NCBI GenBank assembly: GCA_037440445.1
Contig: JBBIUA010000003.1
Location: 128,040-192,039 of the forward strand
Direction of reading: 5' to 3'
DNA length: 64,000 nt
Source: Ignavibacteria bacterium
GTDB lineage: Bacteria > Bacteroidota > Ignavibacteria > Kapaibacteriales > UBA2268
Of this stretch, positions 51,541 to 62,065 are shown piece by piece. The position numbers and the translations under genes are program-made. The notes below the pieces were generated by a model that saw only the letters and a program-made list of their open reading frames with translations, made no database searches and was not told the origin of the DNA. The stretch's first letter is position 1; the number at the start of each line of letters is the position of its first letter.

Positions 51541-53115
51541 TTATATCTCTTTTGTTGAAGAATAAACAAAAATCTTTTTGATTAAATCCTTGTCTCTCTT
51601 TATTTCGCTGACATTAACAGTTCGCAGAATGTTTTCCCATCTTTCTTTGTTCTGTAAAACAAAATCTTTAGCCTTATCGTAATCATTTGGAATAACTCCA
51701 TCGAGAATTGCTTCTTCGATAGCTGTCTTTATCACACCAACTTCGGGCGAAGGACGCAATTTGAAAATATCCATAATTTCTTCGCCACGCACTGGTGATT
51801 GGAACTGTCGAAGTTTATCCTTTTCCTGAACTTGCAAAACCTTTTTCCAAACTTTTTGATAGTTGTTCAAATATTTTTTGCTTAAATTTGGGTTGTTGGT
51901 TGTAATATCGCAACGACAGAGAAGAAATAAATCCTCGAGAGCATCGCCAGCATATGCAGCAAGCCGACGAATTGCCGAATCGGTTACTCCATCGTCCACC
52001 AAAGCCATAGGCCTTTGATGTAATCGAACTAATTTTTCAACATACTCAACATTTTCCAAAGGAAGTTTCAACTTCCTGAAGATGTTCGAAACCATTCGTG
52101 CGCCAACCTCCTCGTGCCCGTGATACGACCAACCCACCCCAGGGATAAACCTTTTAGTTTTTGGCTTGCCAATGTCGTGGATTAATGCAGCAAATCGAAG
52201 AAAGGTTTTATCGGTTTGTTCCGCTACTTTATCAAGTACTTTAAGACTATGGAAAAGCACATCCTTATGGGAATACTTAATTCCATTCTCTTCAATTGTT
52301 TCAACTCCAGCCATTGCATAAAGTTCTGGGAAAATTAATTCGAGCAAACCGCTTTCAAACAACAAAATAAAACCTTTGCTTGGTCGAGCAGATTCAATAA
52401 TTTTCAAAAGTTCGTTGGTAATCCTTTCCTGCGAAACAATTTTAATTCGCTCTCGCATTTCTTTCAAAGCGAGGAAAGTCTGTTCCTCGATTACGAAATC
52501 AAGTTGAGTGGAAAACCTTATTGCACGAAGCATTCGCAACGGGTCGTCGTCAAATGTTGCTCTGGGGTCAAGTGGGGTTCGAATAATATGATTTTGCAAA
52601 TCTTTATACCCATCGAACAAATCAATTAGTTTTCCAAAATTATCATCTTGCAAAGAAACAGCAAGGGCGTTTATTGAAAAGTCCCGTCGGCGAAGGTCAT
52701 CTTCGAGTGTTCCAACCGAAACAATTGGTTTCCGACTTTTAGGCAAGTAAACTTCTTTTCGCGTTCCAACAAATTCGAATTCACTTCCTTTGACTGGTAC
52801 CATTGCAGTAAAAAAGCGAGGATAGGCTACAACCTTGGAATGAAAATGGTCGGCAACTATTTTGGCAAACTCAATTGAATCGCCTACAACTGTGAAATCG
52901 GCATCTTTTGTTGGTCGATTTAAAAGAAGGTCTCGAACATAACCCCCGACAAGATAAATTTCAAAATTATTCTTATTTGCAAGTTCCTTGATTTTCAGAA
53001 TTGTTTTGTCTTGGATTTCAATTTTAATATCGAAAGAGGTCTGATATATAGTTTCGAACTTTTTAATTCTTTTTCTTTTCTTTTCAGTAGGATTGGTAAT
53101 ATTCTCTTGCTCCAT
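51541..53115 (-). CDS. CCA tRNA nucleotidyltransferase / poly(A) polymerase family protein with HD domain
   Basis: Pol-beta NT motif YLVGGYVRDLLL...KDADF, RxxRF motif PLRMLRAIRFSTQL, HD motif HDIGKP. Start sits 1 nt after the prkA stop. Confidence 0.8.
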   Translation of the reverse strand: MEQENITNPTEKKRKRIKKFETIYQTSFDIKIEIQDKTILKIKELANKNNFEIYLVGGYVRDLLLNRPTKDADFTVVGDSIEFAKIVADHFHSKVVAYPRFFTAMVPVKGSEFEFVGTRKEVYLPKSRKPIVSVGTLEDDLRRRDFSINALAVSLQDDNFGKLIDLFDGYKDLQNHIIRTPLDPRATFDDDPLRMLRAIRFSTQLDFVIEEQTFLALKEMRERIKIVSQERITNELLKIIESARPSKGFILLFESGLLELIFPELYAMAGVETIEENGIKYSHKDVLFHSLKVLDKVAEQTDKTFLRFAALIHDIGKPKTKRFIPGVGWSYHGHEEVGARMVSNIFRKLKLPLENVEYVEKLVRLHQRPMALVDDGVTDSAIRRLAAYAGDALEDLFLLCRCDITTNNPNLSKKYLNNYQKVWKKVLQVQEKDKLRQFQSPVRGEEIMDIFKLRPSPEVGVIKTAIEEAILDGVIPNDYDKAKDFVLQNKERWENILRTVNVSEIKRDKDLIKKIFVYSSTKEI

Positions 53116-53118
53116 AAA

Positions 53119-55173
53119 TCAAGCAGCGTCTTCCTGTGTACAGAAGTATTCGATAGTTTTTTCAGCACAAGTTTTACAATAACCAAGTTTATTAATCATT
53201 GTATCGAGCATTCTATTGTAAAGGCGCTGGTTTTCTTCGTTGGTTCGATTCGAAAGAGCACCGACAAGACTTCCAGCACCAGATATGTCGGATTTTAATC
53301 GAACATCAGTAACTGCTTTAACAAGTTCCGCATTGTCCATAAAGTTATAATTTGGATCTTTCACAATGCGTTGCCCATATATTTTAATAATTGTAGTTCG
53401 AAAACTCTGTTTCTGTTCCCGAGTTTTCAGTCCCATTCTTTCTTCAACACTATTAACAAAAGAATCATCGATTTTCAAAGAAACAAGTTTTCCAGTCCTT
53501 GGGTCGCGATATGTCCAAATTTTATCACTTCCAAGATTTTTTGCATCAATCCCAATTACCATATTTACATAGTTCATAACATCCCTTTCAATCGCATCAG
53601 GTTCGTCCATATAAGCATTGAAAATAGATTTCAATACATTTTGTCGATACAATTGTTTAGCAATTTTCAAATCGTTGAAATACTTAATTCTATCATTGGG
53701 GTCTTGAACATAATCAAGGATAACAGTTTCGAGCGAAGAAAAGAAATCCCCGGCATACATACATTTTCCTTCTTGGGTTTCCGTCCGTTCAAGAAGAATT
53801 TGAATTGCTCGGCCAAGATTTCGATGTCCCAAACCTTTTTGACCAAATCTTTTCGTTATATCGGGGTCTGCATTTAATTCATTAATAACTTCGCTTAATG
53901 TTTTAAGCGATTTCTCGCCAGCAACTTCCCCAGCAGCAAGTTTCATCATTTCCACTGGAGTCAATTTATCGGACTTTGGCATTCGGGTAAGAATAATAGC
54001 AACCGAAGCAGTATAAACCAAGTTCGGGTCGATATGTAGTTTTTCGCCAGCAAATGTTGACTTTTCCCAACTACCAATAGCGTATTTTGTTAACTCCATT
54101 TGCAGTTTGTAATTTGTATTGTGGGACATATAGCAAACCCTGCAACGGTCAACTATTGGAGCCTGTTCTTTTTCTTCTAAAAACCGTGCAAATTCGTTGT
54201 TGTTGCTTGTTGCTATAATTAAAGTGTCAAGTGGCCATTTGAAGCCTTCAATTTCAATTGTTCTATTTTGAATCACACCAAGATAAACTTGAATTAAATC
54301 CTTCTTGTTTTTAAAAATTTCATCGGCAAAATGGATACCACCGCCAGCAACTCGTGCCAAAGCCCCACGACGCAAATCGAACCGATAAGGATTATCCGTA
54401 TCTGCAATGTTTAATATTCGAGTTATTGACTCCTCTCCTATCAAATCAACTGCCGAAGAAGTAATCTTATCTTTTGCTGCGTATTTTCCTGTTAAAGTTC
54501 CACGCGATTCCGAAACAGGAACAGGAAAAACTTCGACAAATTCAAGCATCTTCGATAAATTACCATCGCAAAACTCCCGAATTTGATTCCAAATGTAGTA
54601 AGTGCAAGCCCCAAGCGGACGATATAAACGATAAAATTCCTTAATTTGTGATTCACTCGCTCCAAGTTGAAGCAAATATTCGATATTTCGGTCTTTCTCG
54701 TCGAAAAGATTCATTGCAAGAATCATAGGGTCTTCGAAAGTCTGCGATTCAATCTCCTTGATTTTGCCATAACGACCGAGTTTATCCACATTTTTGAATT
54801 TAAAACTGTAGCGTCGATTTTCTGATCGAGAAATGAAATTGCGATAAAGTTGCATTAAATAATCCACAAAAAAAGTTTTACCATTACCGGGCTCACCAAT
54901 AAGGACAAAAGCCATTTCCGAAGAGGACCCGCCTTCGGCTGCATCTTTAACGAATGAAACTAAACTATTAATTTCGTCGAACATCCCAACTAAATGCTTT
55001 TTCCCTTCGCGAAAAACAAGAAAATCGTAGGTAGGTCGCCCGTTAACAATTACTTTGGCAATTTTCGAAGGGTCGCCGAGAATCATCCTTGAAATCGATT
55101 GAAATACATTTTCAAATTTTCGTTCACCATTTACCACTTTTTGAATGTGAAAATCAAGGGTTGTTATTTCCAT
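53119..55173 (-). CDS. prkA: PrkA family serine protein kinase (AAA+ N-domain)
   Basis: Walker A LIGEPGNGKTFFVDYL, Walker B-like GGIHFADEIFK, 684 aa, C-terminal LGYCKTCAEK. The architecture matches YeaG/PrkA. Confidence 0.75.
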   Translation of the reverse strand: MEITTLDFHIQKVVNGERKFENVFQSISRMILGDPSKIAKVIVNGRPTYDFLVFREGKKHLVGMFDEINSLVSFVKDAAEGGSSSEMAFVLIGEPGNGKTFFVDYLMQLYRNFISRSENRRYSFKFKNVDKLGRYGKIKEIESQTFEDPMILAMNLFDEKDRNIEYLLQLGASESQIKEFYRLYRPLGACTYYIWNQIREFCDGNLSKMLEFVEVFPVPVSESRGTLTGKYAAKDKITSSAVDLIGEESITRILNIADTDNPYRFDLRRGALARVAGGGIHFADEIFKNKKDLIQVYLGVIQNRTIEIEGFKWPLDTLIIATSNNNEFARFLEEKEQAPIVDRCRVCYMSHNTNYKLQMELTKYAIGSWEKSTFAGEKLHIDPNLVYTASVAIILTRMPKSDKLTPVEMMKLAAGEVAGEKSLKTLSEVINELNADPDITKRFGQKGLGHRNLGRAIQILLERTETQEGKCMYAGDFFSSLETVILDYVQDPNDRIKYFNDLKIAKQLYRQNVLKSIFNAYMDEPDAIERDVMNYVNMVIGIDAKNLGSDKIWTYRDPRTGKLVSLKIDDSFVNSVEERMGLKTREQKQSFRTTIIKIYGQRIVKDPNYNFMDNAELVKAVTDVRLKSDISGAGSLVGALSNRTNEENQRLYNRMLDTMINKLGYCKTCAEKTIEYFCTQEDAA

Positions 55174-55260
55174 TTTTAAATTCCTAAAAATTTTTTATCC
55201 ATTCTTTTCAAATTAATAATTTTTTTGGAATGTGCTGTTTTACTTAATAGTTTGTATGAC

Positions 55261-57534
55261 CTATTCTTCTTTTTTTGAATATTTATTTATCAACATTTCT
55301 GCTTCGGATTTAACAATTTTTTTCGTTCCTTTACATTTTGGATATTTCGAACAGGCAAGAAAATACCCATTCTTGCCCAATCGCAAAAGCATTTCGCTTC
55401 CGCATTTCGGGCAAATTTCTTCAGGAATTGGAATTGGAGTAAATTTCTTAGATTTTCTGTTGTTTTCGATTGGTTTCGTCCCTTTGCATTCAGGATATCT
55501 TGAACAACTATAGAATTTACCATATCGACCTTCACGAATAACCATTGGTGAACCACAAAGGTCGCAACGTACCTCCTCGTCAACTTCTACCGACTTTTGT
55601 GTTACTTTATGCAAAGGTTTAATATTGTTGCATTTTGGATAATTCTTGCAACCAAGGAACCTACCGTATTTACTCACTCGCACAACCATTGGAGCCCCAC
55701 AAAGTTCGCACACTACGCCGTTTACAACTTCGTTTTGAGCCTCCTCGAGCAATTTCTGAAGTGGTTCGTAAAATTTTGTTAATACATCAATATACCTTGT
55801 CTTACCTTCTGCAATTGTGTCGAGTTCCTCCTCCATCTTTGCTGTAAATTCTACATTAAATATGTCAGTAAAGAATTTTACAAGTGTGTTATTTACTTCT
55901 TTTCCTAATTCCGTTGGGAAAAATGTTTTATTCTTTAATTTCACATAATTGCGTTCGAGCAAAGTTGAAACAATAGTTGCATAAGTGCTTGGGCGACCAA
56001 TACCTTTTTCTTCGAGTTCTTTAATTAAACTTGCTTGATTGAAGCGGGGTGGTGGTTGTGTTTGTGATTTCTTTGCTTCCAAATTATCAAGTTCCAATGT
56101 TTGTCCAATTTTAACCGGCGGTAGAAGCACTTTTTCTTCGTCCGATTCTTTTTCGCTTGATGTTTGTTCTTCTTCTTGGTAAACAGCAAGGTAACCATCG
56201 AAAGTTAGAACTCGCCCTGATGCTCGAAAAACAAAATTACTATCAGAAATATCTATGGTGGTCTGTTCATATTCAGCAGGTTGCATCTGACTGGCTACAA
56301 AACGATTATAAATTAGTTCGTAAAGTGCAAACAGGTTCTTATCGAGAAATGGTTTTACATAATCGGGAGTATAGTTGATATATGTGGGCCGAATTGCTTC
56401 GTGCGCATCCTGAACATTTGCAGATTTGCTCTGGTAAACATTTGGTTTCGAGGGTAAATATCTTTCGCCATATTTGTTTCGAATGTGTTCGCGCACAGAA
56501 TCAATTGCATCTTGACTAACTCGGAAAGAATCAGTACGCATATAGGTTATTAAACCAACATTGCCTTCCTTCCCAATCGGAACACCTTCGTAAAGTTTTT
56601 GTGCCAGTTGCATTGTTAGTTTGTTCGAAAAACCAAGAAGCCGAGCAGCAGATTGCTGTAAAGTAGAAGTAATGAATGGTGGCTTTGGTTTTTCGGAAAC
56701 CTTCTTTTTCTTTAAATTTTCAACATGAAATTTACCCTGCTTTATTCTGTCGATTAATCTTCGCGCTTCTTCTTCGGAAGAAATGAAGAAAAATTTGCTA
56801 ATTCTTTTTTGATATTGTTGCTCAGTTTCGTTACGTTGAGGTTTTTGTGAACCTTCTGGGTTAACTATTTGTTTACCATCGAACTTAATAAGTCGGGCAG
56901 AGATTTTACTTTCGCCAGCAAGAAATTTTCCAAGAATGTTCCAATATGTAAAAGGCTCGAATGCTTCTATATCTTCTTCGCGTTCACAAATTAATCGAAG
57001 AGCAACGGACTGAACCCGCCCAGCAGAAAGTGCTTTTGCAGTTTTTTTAATGAGAGCATTTGAAAGAAAAGGAGAAATTTTATATCCAATCAATCTGTCT
57101 AAAACACGCCGAGCCTGTTGCGAGTAAAAAAGATTTTCATCTAGTTCGCGAGGTTGGGCAAGACCTTGTTTGACACCCTTTTCCGTTATTTCGTTGAAAA
57201 GTATTCTTTTTATATTTGGGTTAGCATTACGAATTTCTTCGGCAATATGCCAAGCAATTGCTTCGCCTTCTCGGTCAGGGTCGGTTGCCAAATATACAAT
57301 ATCGCATTGTTTTGCAGCGTTTTTTAAGTCCTTGATTACTTCTATCTTGTCCTTTAAGATTTCATACTTTGGAAGAAAACCATTTTTAATATCAACACTT
57401 AAAGTGTGCTTATTTAAATCTTTAATATGACCAACAGAGGCTTTGACAAAGAAATTCTTCCCCAGATATTTTCCAATTGTTTTTGCCTTCGCAGGCGATT
57501 CCACAACAACCAAATTTTTATCTTTCTTTGCCAT
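55261..57534 (-). CDS. topA: DNA topoisomerase I with three C-terminal C4 zinc ribbons
   Basis: N-terminal Toprim LVVVESPAKAKTIGKYLG. Active-site region YMRTDSFRVS (Tyr). C-terminal CxxC...CxxC ribbons (CELCGAPM..., CDLCGSPM..., CPKCGSEM...). Confidence 0.93.
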   Translation of the reverse strand: MAKKDKNLVVVESPAKAKTIGKYLGKNFFVKASVGHIKDLNKHTLSVDIKNGFLPKYEILKDKIEVIKDLKNAAKQCDIVYLATDPDREGEAIAWHIAEEIRNANPNIKRILFNEITEKGVKQGLAQPRELDENLFYSQQARRVLDRLIGYKISPFLSNALIKKTAKALSAGRVQSVALRLICEREEDIEAFEPFTYWNILGKFLAGESKISARLIKFDGKQIVNPEGSQKPQRNETEQQYQKRISKFFFISSEEEARRLIDRIKQGKFHVENLKKKKVSEKPKPPFITSTLQQSAARLLGFSNKLTMQLAQKLYEGVPIGKEGNVGLITYMRTDSFRVSQDAIDSVREHIRNKYGERYLPSKPNVYQSKSANVQDAHEAIRPTYINYTPDYVKPFLDKNLFALYELIYNRFVASQMQPAEYEQTTIDISDSNFVFRASGRVLTFDGYLAVYQEEEQTSSEKESDEEKVLLPPVKIGQTLELDNLEAKKSQTQPPPRFNQASLIKELEEKGIGRPSTYATIVSTLLERNYVKLKNKTFFPTELGKEVNNTLVKFFTDIFNVEFTAKMEEELDTIAEGKTRYIDVLTKFYEPLQKLLEEAQNEVVNGVVCELCGAPMVVRVSKYGRFLGCKNYPKCNNIKPLHKVTQKSVEVDEEVRCDLCGSPMVIREGRYGKFYSCSRYPECKGTKPIENNRKSKKFTPIPIPEEICPKCGSEMLLRLGKNGYFLACSKYPKCKGTKKIVKSEAEMLINKYSKKEE

Positions 57535-57619
57535 TGGGTATTGAACTCCTTAAAAGATATTCAAAAACGATAATTATCTTAATATATTTCACGATTAATT
57601 AGATTGGAGAAAAACTCTT

Positions 57620-58270
57620 TCAAAAAGCAGAAATAGTAAAACGAATTACAACATCGAATCGAACATTTACAAGGGCAAAATATTTCTTATCTGTAGTTTG
57701 TCCTAAAACTTTTCCATATTCAGATTCAAGATAAAAGTAAGGTCGACTTCGAACAACTTCAGTCAGAACTTGGGAAATCTCGTTGCTAATTATTTTGATG
57801 TGGTGGGGCTTTCTGTAAAAATCTCTAACATCAAGATTGTGGAATTCACCTAAAACGAACCGAGGCAACGTTGTGTCTTCTTCGAAATCTGTAGAATCTT
57901 TAGGATTAATCTTTCCAACTTTTGGTTTTGCAAAAATCAAAACAAATCGAACGTTTTCAATAATCAAAGAATCAACATTAGGGTTGAACGCAACATTATT
58001 CGAAAATACAAGGGAATCTATCCAATAGTTGAATTGCACTATTTCCGAAGAAGCAATCCTTTGACGATTTTTTTCAAATTCACTGTAATTAGTCAAATTC
58101 GCGAATATTTTAGAAGTATCGGGAATTGATTTATCCAAATAATTTACATAAAAATAGAAAGGAATTTGGAAACTGAATTGCTCAAATGAATTAATTACAT
58201 CAGAATAACAAGAAGTTAATAACCAAGAAATCAAAAAATATAGTATTTTTTTGAATTTGTTATTTCTCAT
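57620..58270 (-). CDS. Hypothetical lipoprotein
   Basis: MRNNKFKKILYFLISWLLTSCYSD lipobox. I recognised no family. It overlaps the upstream gene by about 11 nt. Confidence 0.45.
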   Translation of the reverse strand: MRNNKFKKILYFLISWLLTSCYSDVINSFEQFSFQIPFYFYVNYLDKSIPDTSKIFANLTNYSEFEKNRQRIASSEIVQFNYWIDSLVFSNNVAFNPNVDSLIIENVRFVLIFAKPKVGKINPKDSTDFEEDTTLPRFVLGEFHNLDVRDFYRKPHHIKIISNEISQVLTEVVRSRPYFYLESEYGKVLGQTTDKKYFALVNVRFDVVIRFTISAF

Positions 58271-59318
58271 ATCGATTCTTTCCAATAAACAAGCCAAAAC
58301 CAGCTGAAATCATTGGTTGAGTTGCAAAAGATAACTCTAAATTCAAAAATCCAAAAAGAAAGGAAAGAGTAAATCCTCCTTTTAATTGAAATTTAGTAAA
58401 TGTACTTAAAGAAACAATTATGGGACGGGCTTCGCGTAGTTCGGGGAATGGGCTATCGACAATTTCTTCTCTAAAACCGGTTGTATCCCTAATTGCTTTA
58501 AAGAAGCCATTCATATTCTCGAATTGAAAGCCTAAATATCCGCAAAGATTACCCCATCGTTGCATTGCATTTATTCCAAGAGCATAACTTGTTAAATCGA
58601 AGAAATCGCCCCAATACATTCTGTGAAGAGCAAAGTGAAACGAAAGTGCCTTGTCCTTATCCAAACCAAACAAATCAAATAAATGGTCGAAACGTTGATT
58701 TAGTCCAATAGTAAAATAAACAAAGGTTTCATCTCCCGTAGGTTCAACATAGATGCGAAAACGAATTTCATTTCGAAGTGGTGTTTCAATAATTGACTGT
58801 AAAACAGGTAAACCAGCCATAAAATCAATATGTAACCCTTCTGGATATGCAATTGTTTTGTAAGTAGAATCTGGGTAATTGTGATTTTGAGGTGCGGAAA
58901 AAATTGGGGTTGAACTACCCCCGTAAATAGTAGGTTGTATGTTGGGTTTGATTACATATCTATATATCTCGCCATTACGATATTGAGCAACTTTTGCTGC
59001 GTTAGAATCGAAAAAACCCGGTGGGACTTCCGCATCGAAAGATTTGTGCTCGTCGGGTATAATCATCCCACATACTGATAGATTCAAAGTAAAACGAAAT
59101 TTGCCATCGGGAAGGCTTGTTCCGAAAAGTGAATTATTCAAACTTTGTTCCAGTGTAGTAAATATTGGCTTTAAATAGCCTTCTAAATTTCTTGATGTGA
59201 ATAAAGTAAAATCCTTCGAAAGAACAAACCCTTTCGAAAAAAGATTACTTTGGAAAAAAGTGATAGAAACAAAGATTAATAATATATTCCTAAATCTTTG
59301 CAAATCTCTGCTCTTCAA
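58260..59318 (-). CDS. Hypothetical secreted/outer-membrane protein (352 aa)
   Basis: Signal peptide; aromatic-rich with alternating hydrophobic stretches; no recognised motif. Confidence 0.45.
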   Translation of the reverse strand: MKSRDLQRFRNILLIFVSITFFQSNLFSKGFVLSKDFTLFTSRNLEGYLKPIFTTLEQSLNNSLFGTSLPDGKFRFTLNLSVCGMIIPDEHKSFDAEVPPGFFDSNAAKVAQYRNGEIYRYVIKPNIQPTIYGGSSTPIFSAPQNHNYPDSTYKTIAYPEGLHIDFMAGLPVLQSIIETPLRNEIRFRIYVEPTGDETFVYFTIGLNQRFDHLFDLFGLDKDKALSFHFALHRMYWGDFFDLTSYALGINAMQRWGNLCGYLGFQFENMNGFFKAIRDTTGFREEIVDSPFPELREARPIIVSLSTFTKFQLKGGFTLSFLFGFLNLELSFATQPMISAGFGLFIGKNRYEK

Positions 59319-59537
59319 TTTTAAATTTGCAAATTAAAAAAACAAAAAACAAACGAAAAAGTTACTTAGAAACAATTTACATAAGCAGGGTAAAATACAA
59401 AAAAATTTTTTTGAATTTATCTTATTTTGTCAATGCATAAAACCTTTAATGAAATCAATGAACAAATCCTAATTATCCAATCAAAAAAGATTTATTAATT
59501 TGCAATGTAAAATGATAAAAGAAATTGTAAGTAGTGA

Positions 59538-60866
59538 ATGAATAATCAAGAAGAACAAAACCAAACCAAAATTGAAACAAAAAATAACGATTATAGCACC
59601 CCTCGTAATGAAATTATTAGAAAATACGAGGCAATATTGAACGATATTCATTCCAAAACCGATAGAATTGTTTTACAAAACCCTTATCCATTCGTAATCA
59701 ACTCAAAAACTGATTTAAAAACTTTAGAAGAATTACTTGAAAAGGATAAACAAAGAGAACAGGATGGATTTCCTCGAAGAATCAGAATTGGAAAATTGAT
59801 GCGCCCCGATTCGAGCGGGAAACCAAAAATTGTTATTGTTCCAACAACTGTCGAACCTAAATTTTACCACGACACCAGCGTAACCGAAGAAGAACCACAA
59901 ACCGGCGGAACAGGCGAAGAACAAGAAGGAAAAGTAATCGGGGAAGCTCCAATGCAACCTCGAGAAGGCGAGGGAGAAGGATTTGGTGCTGGTCAAGGTT
60001 CTGATTCCCGGCACGAAATTAGCGAAGAGGCTTTCGATTTAGGTAAAATTCTTACTGAAAAATTTGAACTTCCCAATATTAAACCAAAGGGAAAAAAGCC
60101 CTCTTTTACTAAATTCCAATACGACTTAACCGATATCCACCGAGGTTTTGGTCAATTACTCGATAAAAAGGCAACTACTAAGTCAATTATAAAAACAAAT
60201 CTTTTATTAGGGAGGATTAGCGAGGACTTAGAATTTGAACCATCAGAGTTACTAATTGCTCCAAGAGACCACATTTATAGAATCCTCTCGAAAGAAAAGG
60301 ATTTCGAAGCCCAGGCTGTAGTTTTTTTCATTCGGGATTATTCTGGTTCAATGCAAGGGAAACCTACCGAAGCCATTACCAGACAACACCTATTTATTTA
60401 CAGTTGGCTAATGTATCAATATCAAAACAATGTTTCAACACGATTTGTTCTCCACGATACAATAGCACGCGAAGTACCCGATTTTATTACATACTTTCGA
60501 CTCCAAGTTGCCGGGGGGACACGCGTTGCCCCAGCTTTCCAACTTGTTAACAACATCATTCAGCAAGAACGACTCCATATTGAAAACAACATTTATGTTT
60601 TCTATGGTGGAGATGGTGACGATTGGGACGAAGATGGCAAAGAAACAATCGAAGCCATTCGAAATATGTTTCCATTTGTAAATCGCATTGGCATTACAAT
60701 CGCTCGCAATCCTTGGGGAGGAGCGACTATCTCGACTGTTGAAAAATATCTTGAACGCTCCAATTTGCTCAAAGAACGACCAGATTTAATCAAAATCGAT
60801 GGATTTGTTGCCGAAACATACGATGAAAAAAGAATTATCGAAGGAATAAAAATTCTGGTAAGTTAA
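59538..60866 (+). CDS. YeaH/YhbH (DUF444, vWA-like) family protein, usual partner of PrkA
   Basis: Gly-rich GGTGEEQEG...GFGAGQGSDS. vWA MIDAS-like FIRDYSGSMQGKPTEA. Later VAGGTRVAPAF and YVFYGGDGDDWDEDG. Same domain order as E. coli YeaH. Confidence 0.65.
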   Translation: MNNQEEQNQTKIETKNNDYSTPRNEIIRKYEAILNDIHSKTDRIVLQNPYPFVINSKTDLKTLEELLEKDKQREQDGFPRRIRIGKLMRPDSSGKPKIVIVPTTVEPKFYHDTSVTEEEPQTGGTGEEQEGKVIGEAPMQPREGEGEGFGAGQGSDSRHEISEEAFDLGKILTEKFELPNIKPKGKKPSFTKFQYDLTDIHRGFGQLLDKKATTKSIIKTNLLLGRISEDLEFEPSELLIAPRDHIYRILSKEKDFEAQAVVFFIRDYSGSMQGKPTEAITRQHLFIYSWLMYQYQNNVSTRFVLHDTIAREVPDFITYFRLQVAGGTRVAPAFQLVNNIIQQERLHIENNIYVFYGGDGDDWDEDGKETIEAIRNMFPFVNRIGITIARNPWGGATISTVEKYLERSNLLKERPDLIKIDGFVAETYDEKRIIEGIKILVS

Positions 60867-60918
60867 AATATTGATTTTAAAATATCGTTTTTAGATTTTC
60901 AAAAAATTGAGGCAAAAA

Positions 60919-61623
60919 ATGAAAAAATTACTTGCATTCGCTGTTATTCTGATTGTTCCTTTCCTGGCTTTCTCGCAACCAAAATTAGAAATTGTTGGTG
61001 GTGATTCCTACGATTGGGGGACAGTAAAACCAACACAGGACCCTCTTTCAGCAAAAATTAAAATTCGTAACGCTGGCACCGAACTTTTGAAAATTACCGA
61101 AGTTAAACCAGGTTGCGGTTGCACTACTGCGCCCTTAGACAAAAATGAACTCAAACCAGGGGAGGAAGCAACTTTAGATGTAAAACTTCGAATTGCTGGT
61201 TATTCAGGCAATGTTGTAAAAAGCATACGAATTGCTTCCAATGACCCACAAAATCCGAATAAATACCTTTATCTTAAGGCAAATATTTTCCATCCTATTT
61301 CAGTCACTCCTACATCCTATTTAGCCTTCAATGAAATGACCGTCGGAAAGGAAGCTACATCGAAAGTTACAATTAAAAACAATACAAATGAAAGTATTAC
61401 TCTTTCAGATATTCAAGTGAGCCCTGAAAATCTTACTGTAAACCTGCCAAAGAAACTCACTTTGAAAGCTGGGGAATCGTTCGAAGTTGTTGCAAAAGTT
61501 GTTCCCGAGAAAAAAGGGTATTTCAATTGCACAATCAAAATCAAAACTTCTAACCCGGACCAGAAAGAAATAGTTATTCCCGGCTATGGAAATGTAAAAG
61601 AATCTCCATTGTTTAATAATTAA
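60919..61623 (+). CDS. DUF1573 domain-containing secreted protein
   Basis: Signal peptide MKKLLAFAVILIVPFLAFSQ. VKPGCGCTTAPLDKNELKPGEEATLDVKL is the DUF1573 signature. A second Ig-like repeat follows. ATG after GAGG. Confidence 0.6.
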   Translation: MKKLLAFAVILIVPFLAFSQPKLEIVGGDSYDWGTVKPTQDPLSAKIKIRNAGTELLKITEVKPGCGCTTAPLDKNELKPGEEATLDVKLRIAGYSGNVVKSIRIASNDPQNPNKYLYLKANIFHPISVTPTSYLAFNEMTVGKEATSKVTIKNNTNESITLSDIQVSPENLTVNLPKKLTLKAGESFEVVAKVVPEKKGYFNCTIKIKTSNPDQKEIVIPGYGNVKESPLFNN

Positions 61624-61718
61624 GAATAAACAAACAGGATTTAATATTTTTCTTTGAAATAACTTTTTAAATACTAAAATCTTTTAAAAAACGCAAGTTG
61701 ATTAAGTTTATTCAATGC

Positions 61719-61736
61719 TAAACAAAGTACTTTGTT
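61719..61736. repeat. Perfect 18-bp palindrome AAACAAAGTACTTTGTTT followed by a T-rich tract (possible terminator or protein-binding site)
   Basis: Read directly from the sequence. It sits 95 nt downstream of the DUF1573 gene stop. Confidence 0.4.
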
Positions 61737-62065
61737 TTCTTATTTCAGCTTTCTTGTTTCTTTTTATTTCATTAATATTACCTGATTGTCATCATTTTTA
61801 ATCCGATATTAACAAGGAGCAACAAACACCAGTTCTGTTGAATTACCAGGTAAAGTTTTCATAATTTCAGCGCAATCACCCAAGTATACTTTATTAACCA
61901 CCATAGTTACCTCTACTTTGAAATATAAAGACAAGGAAATCGGTGGTTTTAACTTCTAAAAAGAAATTTATTTTTAAACCTAAAGGGAATTAAAAAGAAA
62001 TTTTTTCATTAGATAGAATTTATATAGGATCAGTTGTGAACAAGCCATTTCTGCTCAACTTCTTG

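Noticed and set aside
55290-55583. 97-aa minus-strand ORF and 93-aa plus-strand ORF at the 3' end of topA
   Set aside because: Both are nested within the topA zinc-ribbon coding region and are frame shadows.
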